Shown: one piece after another, positions 63,386 to 64,000 of the stretch
How the letters are laid out: the number at the start of each line of letters is the position of its first letter
Numbering within the stretch: position 1 is the first letter of the stretch
NCBI RefSeq assembly: GCF_002113885.1
Contig: NW_018480005.1
Coordinates: forward strand, 157,299 to 221,298
DNA: 64,000 nucleotides
Direction of reading: 5' to 3'
From: Mizuhopecten yessoensis
Lineage: Eukaryota
The notes under the pieces: model-generated
Database searches by the model: none
The model's input: the letters and a program-made list of their open reading frames with translations, nothing else
What the model was told of the DNA's origin: nothing
Translations under genes and position numbers: made by a program

Positions 63386-63855
63386 AAAGAATGCAAAAGC
63401 TCTGTGATGCATGTTTAATAAATAATCAAATTTCAGAACACATACATCAGACACAAGACATGGAATACAAGCAGCAATGACTAATAAAATGTTGCACACA
63501 CAATTATTAAAAGGGAAATAAAAACACAGGCAGGGATCAAACATACTGCTTTAAGTTCTGAACATATACACGAATACAATGTATTTCTAGATGTGTAAAC
63601 ATTATGATACCCGAGGAAAAAATAACTCAATTTAAAAGTAACACAGTTGGAATATATTAAATCATGCTTGATCAAGTAAATTCATCCTTGCTTATAACTC
63701 AGTGATCAAAATAAATGATCATATGGTATCAGTCATTATGAACCTTTTGGCACTTTTAATCACAAGTGCAAAGAAAAAATAAAATGTTGATACAGGTAAA
63801 GCACTTCCAGTAAATAACAACATTAAGCCTTAAAATACACAGTTCACTTTCTTTT

Positions 63856-63999
63856 TTAAAACAATTTTTCTAAAATGTCCCATTTCTGACTTGTGGTAGA
63901 CAAGTTATCCAACATGACAGAAGAAATCGACAGATTGCTGTCTTTCAATGACTCCACTGTGCAATCATTTTTATAATGTATCTTAAAGGAGTGCCGGAA
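63856..63999 (-). CDS. Possible C-terminal end of a gene entering from the right edge
   Basis: 47 open codons FRHSFKIHYKNDCTVESLKDSNLSISSVMLDNLSTTSQKWDILEKLF*; no motif recognised. Confidence 0.25.
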   Translation of the reverse strand, partial: FRHSFKIHYKNDCTVESLKDSNLSISSVMLDNLSTTSQKWDILEKLF

Positions 64000-64000
64000 T

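Overview
AT-rich, intron-containing animal DNA with two N gaps. It is most likely a scallop (Pectinidae), inferred from the B-box/NHL TRIM-like gene type, the Helentron-type satellite-bearing elements and the SINE families. The main content is invisible in the ORF track because the exons are short: a TIMP (tissue inhibitor of metalloproteinases) cluster. It has a canonical 5-coding-exon TIMP on the minus strand (9569-13934; CSC N-terminus, 14 Cys, strongly basic) and a divergently transcribed atypical TIMP on the plus strand (22288-26785). The atypical copy has lost both partners of the inhibitory Cys1-Cys70 disulfide, has 11 Cys and is acidic. The cluster also holds an orphan frameshifted TIMP terminal exon (5684-5867) and four copies of an E-box / 14-15 bp / TATA / short non-coding exon module. 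Two of those copies point to a further gene off the left edge. Downstream are an intact 3-exon MFS transporter with two decayed tandem copies, a 395-aa orphan ORF and a frameshifted TRIM-like gene. Many TE remnants (Penelope, CR1/L2, Tc1/mariner, Gypsy/Ginger integrase, SINEs, MITEs) are scattered throughout, and the last 18 kb is a dense pile of Helentron-type non-autonomous elements and minisatellites. All gene models were spliced and translated by hand; no database search was run.
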